Source: a virus. From it: 64,000 nt of DNA. The position numbers were made by a program, and so were the translations under genes. The notes under the pieces were generated by a model. The model saw only the letters and a list, made by a program, of their open reading frames with translations, searched no databases and was not told the origin of the DNA. This document shows positions 9,958 through 19,708 of this stretch, one piece after another. Position 1 is the first letter of the stretch. Every line of letters begins with the position of its first letter. Where the stretch lies: positions 12,819 to 76,818 of IMG/VR virus record IMGVR_UViG_3300023718_000004; one strand, 5' to 3'.

Positions 9958-10590
9958 TTATCGCAGTAATTCTTTATCAATAATCTGGAAATTTGCCCTG
10001 TGGATATAAAGAGCTTTTCCGTCAATCATTAACTTTGTCATTTTAGGTAGATCGTCCGGGATTTTCCAGAACACCTCGTCACCAGAATATGCGGCTATCG
10101 GTTGTCCAAGTTGAGATTTGATTACTACAACCCTGGATTTCCCAAAATAATTTTTATAATAATTCACAATCCCGGCTATGTATGCATTCTCTGAAATCTT
10201 CCCGGTTGAATGGCTGGTAATATCTTCCTGGGTAAAATCAACCTCCGGCTCCAATCCTTTTTGCTCAAAAATACAAGTATCACCACAGCTTTCAATTTCT
10301 TTACCGTCAATCAGAATTGTAATAACGGAAGATACGTCATAGCTGGTTGTTTCGTTACCCTCGCTATCGTAGCCCTTGGATTTGGTTTTATTCCCGGCAA
10401 TGTTGATCTTGTCCCCAGTGGTGGTCATAACCTTCTGGCCGTAGTTATCATAGGTGTAGATTGTATAACTATTACCGGAAAGATTTCCTTTCACGTCATT
10501 CATGTAATCATCATTGGCTGCACAGCCTGTTAGCCCTGTGATAACGCAAATACAGATAATGGTTGCCAGTAGTGCTTTGATTCTTTTCAT
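9958..10590 (-). CDS. Lipoprotein (superinfection-exclusion candidate)
   Basis: Signal peptide with an LTGC lipobox (MKRIKALLATIICICVITGLTGCAAND). Translationally coupled to the upstream membrane protein. Confidence 0.55.
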   Translation of the reverse strand: MKRIKALLATIICICVITGLTGCAANDDYMNDVKGNLSGNSYTIYTYDNYGQKVMTTTGDKINIAGNKTKSKGYDSEGNETTSYDVSSVITILIDGKEIESCGDTCIFEQKGLEPEVDFTQEDITSHSTGKISENAYIAGIVNYYKNYFGKSRVVVIKSQLGQPIAAYSGDEVFWKIPDDLPKMTKLMIDGKALYIHRANFQIIDKELLR

Positions 10591-11039
10591 GGTTTTTGTC
10601 CTCCCTCATATGTCTCATAATCAATCGTTCCCAAATCACCGTACACATCTGGATAATAAATTCCAACCCAGAAGTTATCCTCCATTGCTTTGTAGTAAGT
10701 TACTTTTACATTCCATCTCTGTACCTCGTCAATAATTTCTTTGTTAAGAAGTCCGAATTGATCTCGGCAAGCTTCACTTTCCAGTTTGTAAGTCAATGCT
10801 TTGTATTTCTCGGCATTTGCCTGTCTGGTGGCGGTAACCGTAGTCTGGCTTATTGCTAAAAGCAATCCAGCGATCAAAAGATATACCGCACCGATAAAAG
10901 CCACTGCTACGCCCAAAACAAGCACGGTTGCGCTCACATTCGAATACTCATATTCGTAGCTTAAAGATTCTCCTATTCTATTTGCAATCAGAATAACAAC
11001 GCCGACTGCAAAAATGATTATTGATAGCCAAAATATCAT
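10587..11039 (-). CDS. Integral membrane protein (two predicted TM helices)
   Basis: IIIFAVGVVILIANRIG and VLVLGVAVAFIGAVYLLIAGLLLAI hydrophobic segments. Start and stop overlap with the lipoprotein gene. Confidence 0.5.
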   Translation of the reverse strand: MIFWLSIIIFAVGVVILIANRIGESLSYEYEYSNVSATVLVLGVAVAFIGAVYLLIAGLLLAISQTTVTATRQANAEKYKALTYKLESEACRDQFGLLNKEIIDEVQRWNVKVTYYKAMEDNFWVGIYYPDVYGDLGTIDYETYEGGQKP

Positions 11040-11095
11040 AGTGTGTCCTCCCTTTTCTCATTCTGCGTCAGATTTATCTGACATAATAATATCGT

Positions 11096-11232
11096 TAGAT
11101 ATTATTCAAAATATAATTCTTTCTCTTTTTCTTAATCTAAATCTATATCTAAATCTATATCTTAATCTAAACCTTTATCTAAACCTTAATCTGAGTGCGT
11201 CTACTATGCGTCTTTTGTGCGTCTAAAAAAAT
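11096..11232. repeat. Iteron cluster, second (oriR-like) copy of the replication-origin repeats
   Basis: About 12-bp ATCTAAATCTAT-type direct repeats followed by ATCTGAGTGCGTCT and TGCGTCTTTTGTGCGTCT. About 170 bp are homologous to 48200-48372, which lies inside the replisome organizer gene. Confidence 0.6.
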
Positions 11233-11241
11233 TAATTTATT

Positions 11242-12459
11242 TTAAGGTCTAAAATCATGCTTTTTTCTTTCCTCGCTTTCATATTCTGCACATTTTTCGG
11301 CGCAAATAGTCCCTCCACAGGAAAACATAGCTTCTGGCATTTGCACTTTTTCATCATATTCTTTGCCTAATTTAAGCATTGAAAACATATTACCATAGTC
11401 TTCTCTAGTAACACAATTTGACCAATATTTATTTGACGCATAATGATTTAAAAGTCTTAATCCTTGTTCGGTAGTTAAAACTGGGTGAGGTTCATTGTAT
11501 GTTTGATAGTATTCCCTGTAATATTCTCTTAGCAATTCTGTGAAACCATTAAGGTACGGAATTAAGCTAACTCTATTTTGCGGCGAATATCTTTCAGAAA
11601 AGAAATATCCATTATTTTCTAAATCAAGCCCATATTTAATATTTTTTATGCTCTTTTCGCCGTCAATATCTAGTATTCCTACAAAACATTTATCCATCAT
11701 ATAGTTTTGTGCAAATTTATCCTTATCAAATTTAACGCTTGGATATTTGACAAATATCTTCAAATACCGTTTATTTTTCTTTTCCTCCGCAAAATCTTCT
11801 TCTGTGATTAAATATGTTTCAACATAATATTTTAAAAGTTTCGGATTAAACTCTATTCCTCGTGATGTTAAAACTTTCTTGATATAATTGAAATAATAAT
11901 TTGACTTATTATCCCCCTTTGAGTGATTAATACACACTCCTGGTATTTTTGAAAATGCCATTACAATTTCATCGTATGAAAATTCTTTACAATATGATTT
12001 TACGGATTTTTCCATTGCGTCCATAATTTTATCTGCTGAAAATCTTTTCAACCAGATTCCTATTTCTTTGCGTCCGTTATCGTTTACATCACACCCTGTC
12101 AATTGTTCAAAATATTCGGTTAGCATGTTTACTGCCATATTATCATAATCGAGTAGCTCTTTCTTCCATTCAGCAATCATTTCCAACTGTTCTTTTTTCT
12201 CTGCAAGATCTTTTAATGCTTCCTGTTGTAATGATATTGCTTTGGAATCTGAAATTCTAGTTTTGCCTTTTCCTCTATTACAATCGCGACACGAAGTAAT
12301 TAAATTTGTAATCTCATTATCTCCGCCCTCTGCTACTGGCTCAATATGGTCTACTTCCAAAATTACGTCTGGTGACATTCGTCCACAATATTGACATGTG
12401 AATTTGTCTCTTTTGAATACTTCAAATCTGATTTTCTTGCTAAGTGGTTTTCTTGCCAT
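11242..12459 (-). CDS. HNH-domain protein with a large C-terminal domain of unknown function
   Basis: N-terminal CQYCGRMS...VDHIEPVAEGGDNEITNLITSCRDCNRGKG HNH motif. 405 aa. The iteron cluster sits immediately downstream. Confidence 0.55.
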   Translation of the reverse strand: MARKPLSKKIRFEVFKRDKFTCQYCGRMSPDVILEVDHIEPVAEGGDNEITNLITSCRDCNRGKGKTRISDSKAISLQQEALKDLAEKKEQLEMIAEWKKELLDYDNMAVNMLTEYFEQLTGCDVNDNGRKEIGIWLKRFSADKIMDAMEKSVKSYCKEFSYDEIVMAFSKIPGVCINHSKGDNKSNYYFNYIKKVLTSRGIEFNPKLLKYYVETYLITEEDFAEEKKNKRYLKIFVKYPSVKFDKDKFAQNYMMDKCFVGILDIDGEKSIKNIKYGLDLENNGYFFSERYSPQNRVSLIPYLNGFTELLREYYREYYQTYNEPHPVLTTEQGLRLLNHYASNKYWSNCVTREDYGNMFSMLKLGKEYDEKVQMPEAMFSCGGTICAEKCAEYESEERKKHDFRP

Positions 12460-12721
12460 AGATTAATACCTGCCTTTCGTATAAAAGAGTGCCTTGAACT
12501 GTATGTAAATCAACAGGCAGGCGGCAAGGCATTTCCGCTTTTCGATGATCGGTCTAGCCTGTTGGTTTTACCAAAATTAACGGTTAAAATAAAAAAGAGC
12601 CGCCAAGTAAGATAAAAATTCCTCAAAATCGAGAAATGTTAATTTCTTCTTAGCGGCTCAAAAATTCAAGACCGTGTGTACTTCTTCATTGAAAAAATTA
12701 TACCACACAATCAGTCAAAAA

Positions 12722-15700
12722 TCAATATGCTGGGGACGGTTTGAAACGGCTATCCGTATCATTCTGGGCTTTTGTTACAGCTTTCGCAATCTCACTTCCG
12801 TCCAGAATAATACTGTTCATAATGTACTGCGGATTCTTATTTCCGCTGTTCATGCTCATTGCCATTGCAACTCCCTGTGCTACTGCTTTTGCCATTTCTT
12901 CTTTTGTAAGTCCCATGCTTCCGTCCGAATTGGAAACAATGCTGTCTGCAATCTTCTTCATGGTTCGTGGATTTTCCAGTGGAAGAACAGCTTCAGAACC
13001 AGCTTCACCGATACCAATTACTTGTGCACCATTAAAAAGACCACCTTTAGCGTACCAATTAGGCTTATAAACTGGTGTAGAACTGGTTTTTCCACCACCA
13101 AGATCATGTTTTCTCCACTCTGAAATATAATAAGTCAGAGTCGGTAAATGTACTTGTTTCATGCCATCAGCGAATGATTGAGCAGTTTCCCGACCAATTG
13201 ATGTAAGATTAACATTAAATAGCCTTTTAATTTTATCCGAAATCCCAGACAAATTAGATTCTGTGTAGGTTTTCATTTTTCCAGTTTCCGTGTCAACTTT
13301 ACCAGAAGCCTTTTCCCAAATCTGGTTTGTATTGATAAGAACGGAAGACCAATAACTTTGGATGGTTGTCATGACCTTACCCATTACATCTTTTGTATCG
13401 GTGTCCATGGTTCCGAGAGCTGTCGATACTGCATTTGCGGAATTTCCCCAGTTTGTTTTAGAGTTGGTTTCAACATCATCATTTGTGTTCTTTATCTTCG
13501 ACCAAATGGAAGGCATTGTGCTTTCTGTGCTTTTTTTCATCCCAGCCATTGCAGTGCTTACGGCGGTATTGGCGAGACCAAAGCCAGTTTTTGTCTTGGA
13601 TGATACGGAGCTAGAAGCATTTGCAACAGCGGTAGTAATACCTCCCACTGCTGTTTTCACAGATGTATTCATTCCATCGAAAGAATTCTTTGCACTTGTT
13701 TCCATTGTGACAACTGCATCTGGAAAATCTTTTCTGAGTTTTTCATCTAATTCATCTAACGGAACGCCAGCATTTTTTAATGACGTATAAACTGCGTCTA
13801 GTGCTTCTTCTGTATTAGCATATGTTCTTCCAGATATTGCACTATCAAGAGCATCTTTAGCAGTTAAGTAGTCTCCACTAAATTGATCAGAGCTAAGACT
13901 TAAAAGATAAAGTTCGTCTTTCAAATCAGATATACTGATTTTGGTTGTATCAAATTTTCCTGCTGATTCAGATACACCATCTCCAAGGGCTACAGCTTTG
14001 TCATTCATATCTTCCAAAAATCCAGTTGATATGCCCGCCTGTGCGCCGTATTTTTCGAGAATTTTTCTTGCATCTTCGGTTGATACGCCGAATTCTCCAA
14101 GTTTCTGAATGAAACTATCGTACATTTCAGAATTTGATTTTCCGGCACTTTCATCTGCTTCAATTAACTTCCAAAGCTCTTCTGCTTGATCTTGCGTTAT
14201 TTTATGCGCGCTTTCCATCTCGCCTGCATAATCATGGAGATAACCACCTGTTTGTGTGAGAATACCATTTCCACCTTGCGCAGCTTCTGTAATACTTGCA
14301 ATTCCTTTAGCAAGTTTAACAGATAATGCCGTTGCAACAAATACAATCCCAGCGGTTCCAAATATAGCACCAAGTGTTGAAGAAAACGTTTTAAGTCCGC
14401 CTGTTGAAGCTGTTTCCGCTGCATCTCCAACTCCCTTTATTACTTCACTTGCCGCACTTGTACCATTTCCTATCACATCCGCAAGTTTATCTGCAATTAG
14501 TTCTGCATTTTTCTTTTCAGCTATTTTGCCTGCGATATGTCCCACAAGTGAACCTACAAGAGTTCCAATCCCTGTAATATTTGCTATTTTTACTGCAATA
14601 AACGCTTTTGTAAGCCATTCTGCAATATGTCCTGCTATCGGGTGCTTTTCCTCTAATCCATCGAATAATCCGTTTAATGCACTGGTAAGACCAGTCAATA
14701 ACAAATCAGCCGCAGTACTAAGTATTTCACCCCATGGTAATTCGCCAAGGAATGTTCCAACACCTTGTCCAAACTCATAGAACGTGTCTTTTGTAAGCGT
14801 ATTTTTCAACGCCGTACACAGGTGAGATATGAAATCTCCAAGTGCTTGTCCATTTTCTTTCCAGTTTGTATCTTTGATGAACTTAGCGATTCCATCTCTG
14901 ATTTTCGTTGCTAGATCATCCCAATTAAATGTTTCGGTAAATGACTTTAAGCTTTCAAATGCTCCATTCAGTAAGCCGGAAAGTGCATCTGCAATGGTGT
15001 TCATGTCTATCTTTTCGATTGCACCATTTAAGGCATTTCCAAGTGCAGTGCCAAGTTTACCCCATCCAGTAATTCCAGCACCATCCTTTTTAGACATATC
15101 CTTTACAAAGCCAGAAAGCATTTTCCAAGATGCCATAAAACTATTTCCGATTAAGTTTCCAAGACCTGTCCAGTCAATTTCCTTTATAGCGCCTTTTAAA
15201 AGTTGAGACAGTTTTGCCCCTATTCCAGAAAAATCTATTCCTCCCTCTCCGAGCAACAGGTTTAGGGTATTTACTGCCGTGTTGATTCCAGCCCCAAGCA
15301 ATCTTCCCATTAAGTCAAAATCTATACCTCTAACCATGGAATTGAATGCCGTGGTAAATGCATTTACAAATTCGGTTATTTTCGGGCCAACATTATTCCA
15401 ATTAATAACTTCATATATTTTTTGCATTCCGACATTTATCATGTCTGCAATAGTAAAGCCTAGTCCCTGCCAGTCTTTATTGATAAATGCCTTTCTAATT
15501 TTAGCAGCCCATTTATTAATTGGTGTTTCATCAACAGTCAAAACTTCATCAAGTGAATCTTGTATTCCAGCAAAACTATCTGCCAAATCTCCAAGCCCAG
15601 AACCAAGACTTTTAGATGCAGTTCCAGAATTATCAGAATTATCGGCAAGCTGATTTAATTGGTCAAATGGCAATACAGAAAGTGCCTTTTTCAGTTTCTT

Positions 15701-17461
15701 TGCAGATGATGTAGCGTCATCAAGCCCGGAGGAGGCATCGTCACCAGCTGTTTCTATACCACCTAAGTTAGATACAATATCGCTAACTCCACTCTGTGAA
15801 CCTTTCAGCTTCTTTCCCATCAATACATACATGAAGTTGCGGAACGCATTCGCAGCCTGCATAAGCTTTGACATAAGCGCATTGAGAGCTTGAATAGCAG
15901 GAAGAATGCCAGCAATCAAACCTTGCCCGATTACTGCGGAAAGTGACTGGAAATTCAGAGTGAGTAAACGAACCTGGTTCGCCCAGGTGCCGCTTGTCCT
16001 AGCGAAATCCCCTTGCACATCTCCTGTAACTGACATTAAATAGTTATATCGAAGAGCAACTTTTTCAGCTTGAGACATTGCATTATAAGATGTTGTAATT
16101 CCCCTTGAAAGAGCATAAGCCTCCATATTTGCAACGGATAAATTAATACCCAATTGTCTTAAAGGCTCAATTTCCCCGGAAATTCCAGCGCGTATTTTCT
16201 GAAAAGCAGTATCGGTATCAATGTTGTAAAATGATGCAATATCCCCGGCTAATCCAGCAAGAGAAATTGACATTTTAGAAGCTGCATCTTGCGCGACACC
16301 AGATGATTTCATCATTGCCATCATGGTTCCAGAATATTGCTTTGCTGCCAATTCGGATAATCCAAATTGTTCTTTAGCCGTAGAAGCAAATTTGTAGGCT
16401 TCATCTGCCATGCTTCCAAAGGAAACATCTACAACATTTTCGATTTCTGTAATAGCAGAGCCAAAACCAATTGCACTTTTTCCTAAATTTGCCAGACCAC
16501 GAATAGCCTTAAAACCGATAGCAGTTTTAAGCAAATTTCCGAGATTAAAAGAAGCGGTTTTAATTCCAGAACTACTATTCCCGAGACGTTGAAACCATCC
16601 AATAATGCCTTTTACCCCGGTTCCAATTATAGAAGAAGTTTTACTAACAATATTACCAAGGCTAGATGTTGCAGATGATAATTTAGAAAACGCACTGGAT
16701 ATAGAATTTGTAGCGGAATTTACCTTTCCCCCTGCATTAGCCAACTTTGCCAGTGCTTCCGTCATGCGGATGGTGTTCTCACTGATTTTAGGTGCAGTTT
16801 TCATTACATCGAAGAAAGACAATACTTCCTTTGCTAGTGTTCCAAGCTGGCTTGACGTTTGTCCGATTCTATTTCCAGAACTTGCCAATTGTGCAATAGA
16901 CTGAACTAACCTATTTACAGGTTCAGATATATCGCCAACGCTCGTAAAGCTCTCTACGATTGATTTAAGATTTCTTCCAAGCCCAGGTAATTCAGCGGAT
17001 ACATTTGCAATATATTCACCGGAATTGGCTAATCTAGCCATTGAATTGACAAAACGATTAACACTGGTAGATACATCTGGAATCTCTGTCAAATTGCTTA
17101 ATTGATGGATTATTTCTCCAAGTTTTCCAGAATCAAATCCACTAGCATCAACCTGGCTAAGTCTGTTGATTGAGTTGATAACTGCATTCAGTCCAGAACC
17201 TTTATAATCTACTTCACCCATTGTCTTTATGGAATTTGAGAATTTTCCAATTCCATCAGCAATGCTTGTCATTTTCCCTATATCAAGTTCTTTTAGTTTT
17301 CCAAGTTCCCTTACACAACTACGTAGCCCATTTGTATTAACTCCGCTTAATGCGGAATTAACTTCTGTGAGTTTGTTTGAAAGATTAGTCAGCGCGCGTA
17401 CTGCTTTTTCTGTACTACTGCTAATTTGTATATCAAGGGTATCAATGGTATTGTCAGCCAT
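12722..17461 (-). CDS. Tail tape measure protein
   Basis: 1579 aa from MADNTIDTL, with an AAAAGGAGGG RBS. The ORF-track start at 17545 is probably too far upstream. Long alpha-helical repeats, hydrophobic Gly-rich segments, and a position between the chaperone pair and the tail tip genes. Confidence 0.85.
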   Translation of the reverse strand: MADNTIDTLDIQISSSTEKAVRALTNLSNKLTEVNSALSGVNTNGLRSCVRELGKLKELDIGKMTSIADGIGKFSNSIKTMGEVDYKGSGLNAVINSINRLSQVDASGFDSGKLGEIIHQLSNLTEIPDVSTSVNRFVNSMARLANSGEYIANVSAELPGLGRNLKSIVESFTSVGDISEPVNRLVQSIAQLASSGNRIGQTSSQLGTLAKEVLSFFDVMKTAPKISENTIRMTEALAKLANAGGKVNSATNSISSAFSKLSSATSSLGNIVSKTSSIIGTGVKGIIGWFQRLGNSSSGIKTASFNLGNLLKTAIGFKAIRGLANLGKSAIGFGSAITEIENVVDVSFGSMADEAYKFASTAKEQFGLSELAAKQYSGTMMAMMKSSGVAQDAASKMSISLAGLAGDIASFYNIDTDTAFQKIRAGISGEIEPLRQLGINLSVANMEAYALSRGITTSYNAMSQAEKVALRYNYLMSVTGDVQGDFARTSGTWANQVRLLTLNFQSLSAVIGQGLIAGILPAIQALNALMSKLMQAANAFRNFMYVLMGKKLKGSQSGVSDIVSNLGGIETAGDDASSGLDDATSSAKKLKKALSVLPFDQLNQLADNSDNSGTASKSLGSGLGDLADSFAGIQDSLDEVLTVDETPINKWAAKIRKAFINKDWQGLGFTIADMINVGMQKIYEVINWNNVGPKITEFVNAFTTAFNSMVRGIDFDLMGRLLGAGINTAVNTLNLLLGEGGIDFSGIGAKLSQLLKGAIKEIDWTGLGNLIGNSFMASWKMLSGFVKDMSKKDGAGITGWGKLGTALGNALNGAIEKIDMNTIADALSGLLNGAFESLKSFTETFNWDDLATKIRDGIAKFIKDTNWKENGQALGDFISHLCTALKNTLTKDTFYEFGQGVGTFLGELPWGEILSTAADLLLTGLTSALNGLFDGLEEKHPIAGHIAEWLTKAFIAVKIANITGIGTLVGSLVGHIAGKIAEKKNAELIADKLADVIGNGTSAASEVIKGVGDAAETASTGGLKTFSSTLGAIFGTAGIVFVATALSVKLAKGIASITEAAQGGNGILTQTGGYLHDYAGEMESAHKITQDQAEELWKLIEADESAGKSNSEMYDSFIQKLGEFGVSTEDARKILEKYGAQAGISTGFLEDMNDKAVALGDGVSESAGKFDTTKISISDLKDELYLLSLSSDQFSGDYLTAKDALDSAISGRTYANTEEALDAVYTSLKNAGVPLDELDEKLRKDFPDAVVTMETSAKNSFDGMNTSVKTAVGGITTAVANASSSVSSKTKTGFGLANTAVSTAMAGMKKSTESTMPSIWSKIKNTNDDVETNSKTNWGNSANAVSTALGTMDTDTKDVMGKVMTTIQSYWSSVLINTNQIWEKASGKVDTETGKMKTYTESNLSGISDKIKRLFNVNLTSIGRETAQSFADGMKQVHLPTLTYYISEWRKHDLGGGKTSSTPVYKPNWYAKGGLFNGAQVIGIGEAGSEAVLPLENPRTMKKIADSIVSNSDGSMGLTKEEMAKAVAQGVAMAMSMNSGNKNPQYIMNSIILDGSEIAKAVTKAQNDTDSRFKPSPAY

Positions 17462-17510
17462 TTTATTTGTCCCTCCTTTTTTACAAAAAAATAAAGGGCA
17501 GACAAGAGTG

Positions 17511-17834
17511 TTAATCCTGCCTGCCCTTTTCATGGTTAAGTTCAAAGTTCGCCTGCATGAGTTGCAAGCTTGCCAAAAGTGCGTTTCTCTGTTTTTTCTT
17601 TTCTTCTTCGGAAAATATACCTTCCTGTTTACGCTTTTCTTCCTCTGCTGATTCGAGCAAAGGTTTCTTCAAATACTCTGCCTTGGATTTTTTTCCAATT
17701 AAAGCATTTGCAACAGCTGTGAATGTGGCTGATGTTTCATAAATGCCCGCTTGCCAAAGCTCAGTGTCTTTTCTCTTTTGCCGTATCTTTTCAGCTTCGA
17801 GATAAGGTTTTAACTCAGCCGGAGTAGAATCCAT
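17511..17834 (-). CDS. Tail assembly chaperone, downstream (GT-like) frame reached by a putative -1 frameshift
   Basis: This ORF is in the -1 frame relative to 17906-18334 (coordinate mod-3 analysis). An A-rich slippery stretch sits at the end of the upstream ORF. A 72-bp gap contains no independent RBS. Confidence 0.45.
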   Translation of the reverse strand: MDSTPAELKPYLEAEKIRQKRKDTELWQAGIYETSATFTAVANALIGKKSKAEYLKKPLLESAEEEKRKQEGIFSEEEKKKQRNALLASLQLMQANFELNHEKGRQD

Positions 17835-17905
17835 AAATTCTTCTTTAGATACACCGATAGAGAGGTATAAAGGAAGAATCTCTTGGTAAACAACTTCTCG
17901 AAAAG

Positions 17906-18334
17906 TTAATTTTTCTTTTTGTGATCCTGTGGAAGCTTCGTTGCATTCTTCTCCACTGCCTGCGCTTCTGCTACTGCATTCAGCAGACCGGATAAAAAAC
18001 CATTTTTCTCCAATTCTTTGTCAAGAAGTTGGTATAAATCAAATCCGCTTTTTGGATTTTCCTCAGTTCCTTCATCTTCGTAATCATCCAAAAGGTCACA
18101 GACTTTATTAAGAACAACTTCTTTTTCAGAATCACTTTCATACCCAAACTCTTCCTTGTGCTTCTTTTGAAGTCCGGCAAGAAGCAGTTCCGGAAGAAGA
18201 GAAATCATCTTATGAAGGCTTCTCTCTTTTCCATCTGTAATTCCCTGTACCTTGTCCAGAACATCTGTTTTTGTAAGAAGTCCGTATCCAAATACAACCT
18301 TATATTCTTTTCCATGTACATTAAAAGTTACCAT
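17906..18334 (-). CDS. Tail assembly chaperone (gpG-like)
   Basis: 142-aa acidic protein between the major tail protein and the TMP. Confidence 0.55.
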   Translation of the reverse strand: MVTFNVHGKEYKVVFGYGLLTKTDVLDKVQGITDGKERSLHKMISLLPELLLAGLQKKHKEEFGYESDSEKEVVLNKVCDLLDDYEDEGTEENPKSGFDLYQLLDKELEKNGFLSGLLNAVAEAQAVEKNATKLPQDHKKKN

Positions 18335-18358
18335 TTTATAATCCTCCCATTAAAAACA

Positions 18359-18835
18359 TCATTCTGATTTTGTAAGAGCAACCTTTGTTTCAAGTCCCTT
18401 GTAATCTGTGATAATAAGGGAAATGGACATTGTTGCAGCTTCATTCTGTCCAACTTCTGGAAGTGGAATCTCACGTCCGCACTCAGCTGTAACAAAGAAT
18501 GCATCTGTCATATCCGGGAAAACAACCTCAAACCATGTTGCAAGTCCAGTTTCTTTTGCTGTCTTAGATGCACTATAAAGTTCCTTAATCTGCTTAACAG
18601 ATTTATCTGGATCCATGATAAATTCGATTTCCCATGTACCGCCAGTATCCTGTCTACCAGCTGCATATTTTGTGATATAATCTTCCAATGCTGATACGTC
18701 AATCTGCTCTGTATCAAGTGAAATTCCACCAATTGAGCTTGCAAGCTCAAGTTGCTTAAAAGTTGTAGGCTTTACGCCTTTTTCGGTTTCAACTCCATAA
18801 CCAAAAGTCACACCTAATGTTGTTAAACGGCTCAT
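18359..18835 (-). CDS. Major tail protein
   Basis: 158 aa, immediately upstream of the chaperone pair and TMP. Synteny-based call. Confidence 0.5.
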   Translation of the reverse strand: MSRLTTLGVTFGYGVETEKGVKPTTFKQLELASSIGGISLDTEQIDVSALEDYITKYAAGRQDTGGTWEIEFIMDPDKSVKQIKELYSASKTAKETGLATWFEVVFPDMTDAFFVTAECGREIPLPEVGQNEAATMSISLIITDYKGLETKVALTKSE

Positions 18836-18943
18836 TATTTTTCCTTTCTACCTTTAACTCTTTAAGGTCAGCAATTTTTTTCAAGCAAAAAATCGGTAAT
18901 ATGCACGTAACCCTGTGCCGGGAGATAGCGGATCACCGCCTTT

Positions 18944-19174
18944 CTACTCTTCTTTGTCTGTTTTCAGTTCTGGTAATCCTGCTACAGATGTAAGCAGTGA
19001 TAAAAATCCAGAAAGCAAAGATGCAGATAGAACCATTTTCCAGTCAACACTGCCAATTACAGTTGCGGTTCCGATGGTTGCTACCGCTGTTTGTGCGACT
19101 GTTTTTACAGCTCTAATTCCTGCGGCTTTCAGCCAAAGTAATTTATCTGCTTTCATTCGGCATTCTCCTTTCAT
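18944..19174 (-). CDS. Small two-TM membrane protein (holin-like)
   Basis: 76 aa with two hydrophobic helices. Position among tail genes is atypical. Confidence 0.3.
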   Translation of the reverse strand: MKGECRMKADKLLWLKAAGIRAVKTVAQTAVATIGTATVIGSVDWKMVLSASLLSGFLSLLTSVAGLPELKTDKEE

Positions 19175-19208
19175 ATTTTTTGGTAAAAAAATAGAAGCAT
19201 TTCTGCTC

Positions 19209-19616
19209 CTAATCTAATAAAGTTCCTGTATATATCCGGCTGTATCGGCTCACAAGCTTTTTGATTCCACTGTCACCAAAAAACATAGGCTCCGGGCCAT
19301 ATGTGCGGCGGAATCCCATGCTCACCATAACTTTATGACTTATCTTGTCCAATTCATACACTCTGGTTAATGCTTTGCTCCCAGATGTGAAGCAATTTAC
19401 TTGAAACGATGGCATTGTTGCACATTCATCCCCTTCAAGGTCACCTCTTGCAATTGGATTTCCGAGCATATAAAGCTGTGCATATGCTTTTTTACCGGAA
19501 GCATTTGTCTCGCTACCATCCATGGAATAATTGTCTGCGCCAGTAATCTTAGAAACAGCCGCTCCCCACCTTGAAAAAACTTCCAATACAGGGGCTTCTA
19601 TTGTGTCTGGCATATT
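19209..19616 (-). CDS. Neck or tail-completion protein (synteny-based)
   Basis: Likely start MPDTIEAPV with a GAGGTGA RBS. Lies between the head-tail genes and the major tail protein. Confidence 0.4.
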   Translation of the reverse strand, partial: NMPDTIEAPVLEVFSRWGAAVSKITGADNYSMDGSETNASGKKAYAQLYMLGNPIARGDLEGDECATMPSFQVNCFTSGSKALTRVYELDKISHKVMVSMGFRRTYGPEPMFFGDSGIKKLVSRYSRIYTGTLLD

Positions 19617-19628
19617 CGTCACCTCACA

Positions 19629-19663
19629 ATAAAAAATGCACTCACCTTTATAGTGAATGCATT
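19629..19663 (-). terminator. Leader terminator-like hairpin plus U-run after motif copy 2
   Basis: Minus-strand AATGCATTCACTATAAAGGTGAGTGCATTTTTTAT. Confidence 0.4.
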
Positions 19664-19708
19664 GCATTTTATGCTACAATTTAACACTGTAATCATAACA
19701 TAATTGGT

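Noticed and set aside
11014-11226. ORF encoding NLNLYLNLYLNL...
   Set aside because: It is a translation artefact of the iteron repeats, not a gene.
11096-11232. CRISPR array hypothesis for the short direct repeats
   Set aside because: Repeats are about 12 bp, degenerate and contiguous with no unique spacers, and are homologous to an in-gene origin. They are iterons, not CRISPR.
12741-17651. Multiple 100-170-aa plus-strand ORFs inside the tape measure gene
   Set aside because: Antisense frames of a Gly/Ala/Ser-rich long gene, with low-complexity A/S/P-rich translations.
18944-19174. Confident holin call
   Set aside because: Only a two-TM small protein among tail genes. It has no adjacent endolysin, so it is left as low-confidence membrane protein.
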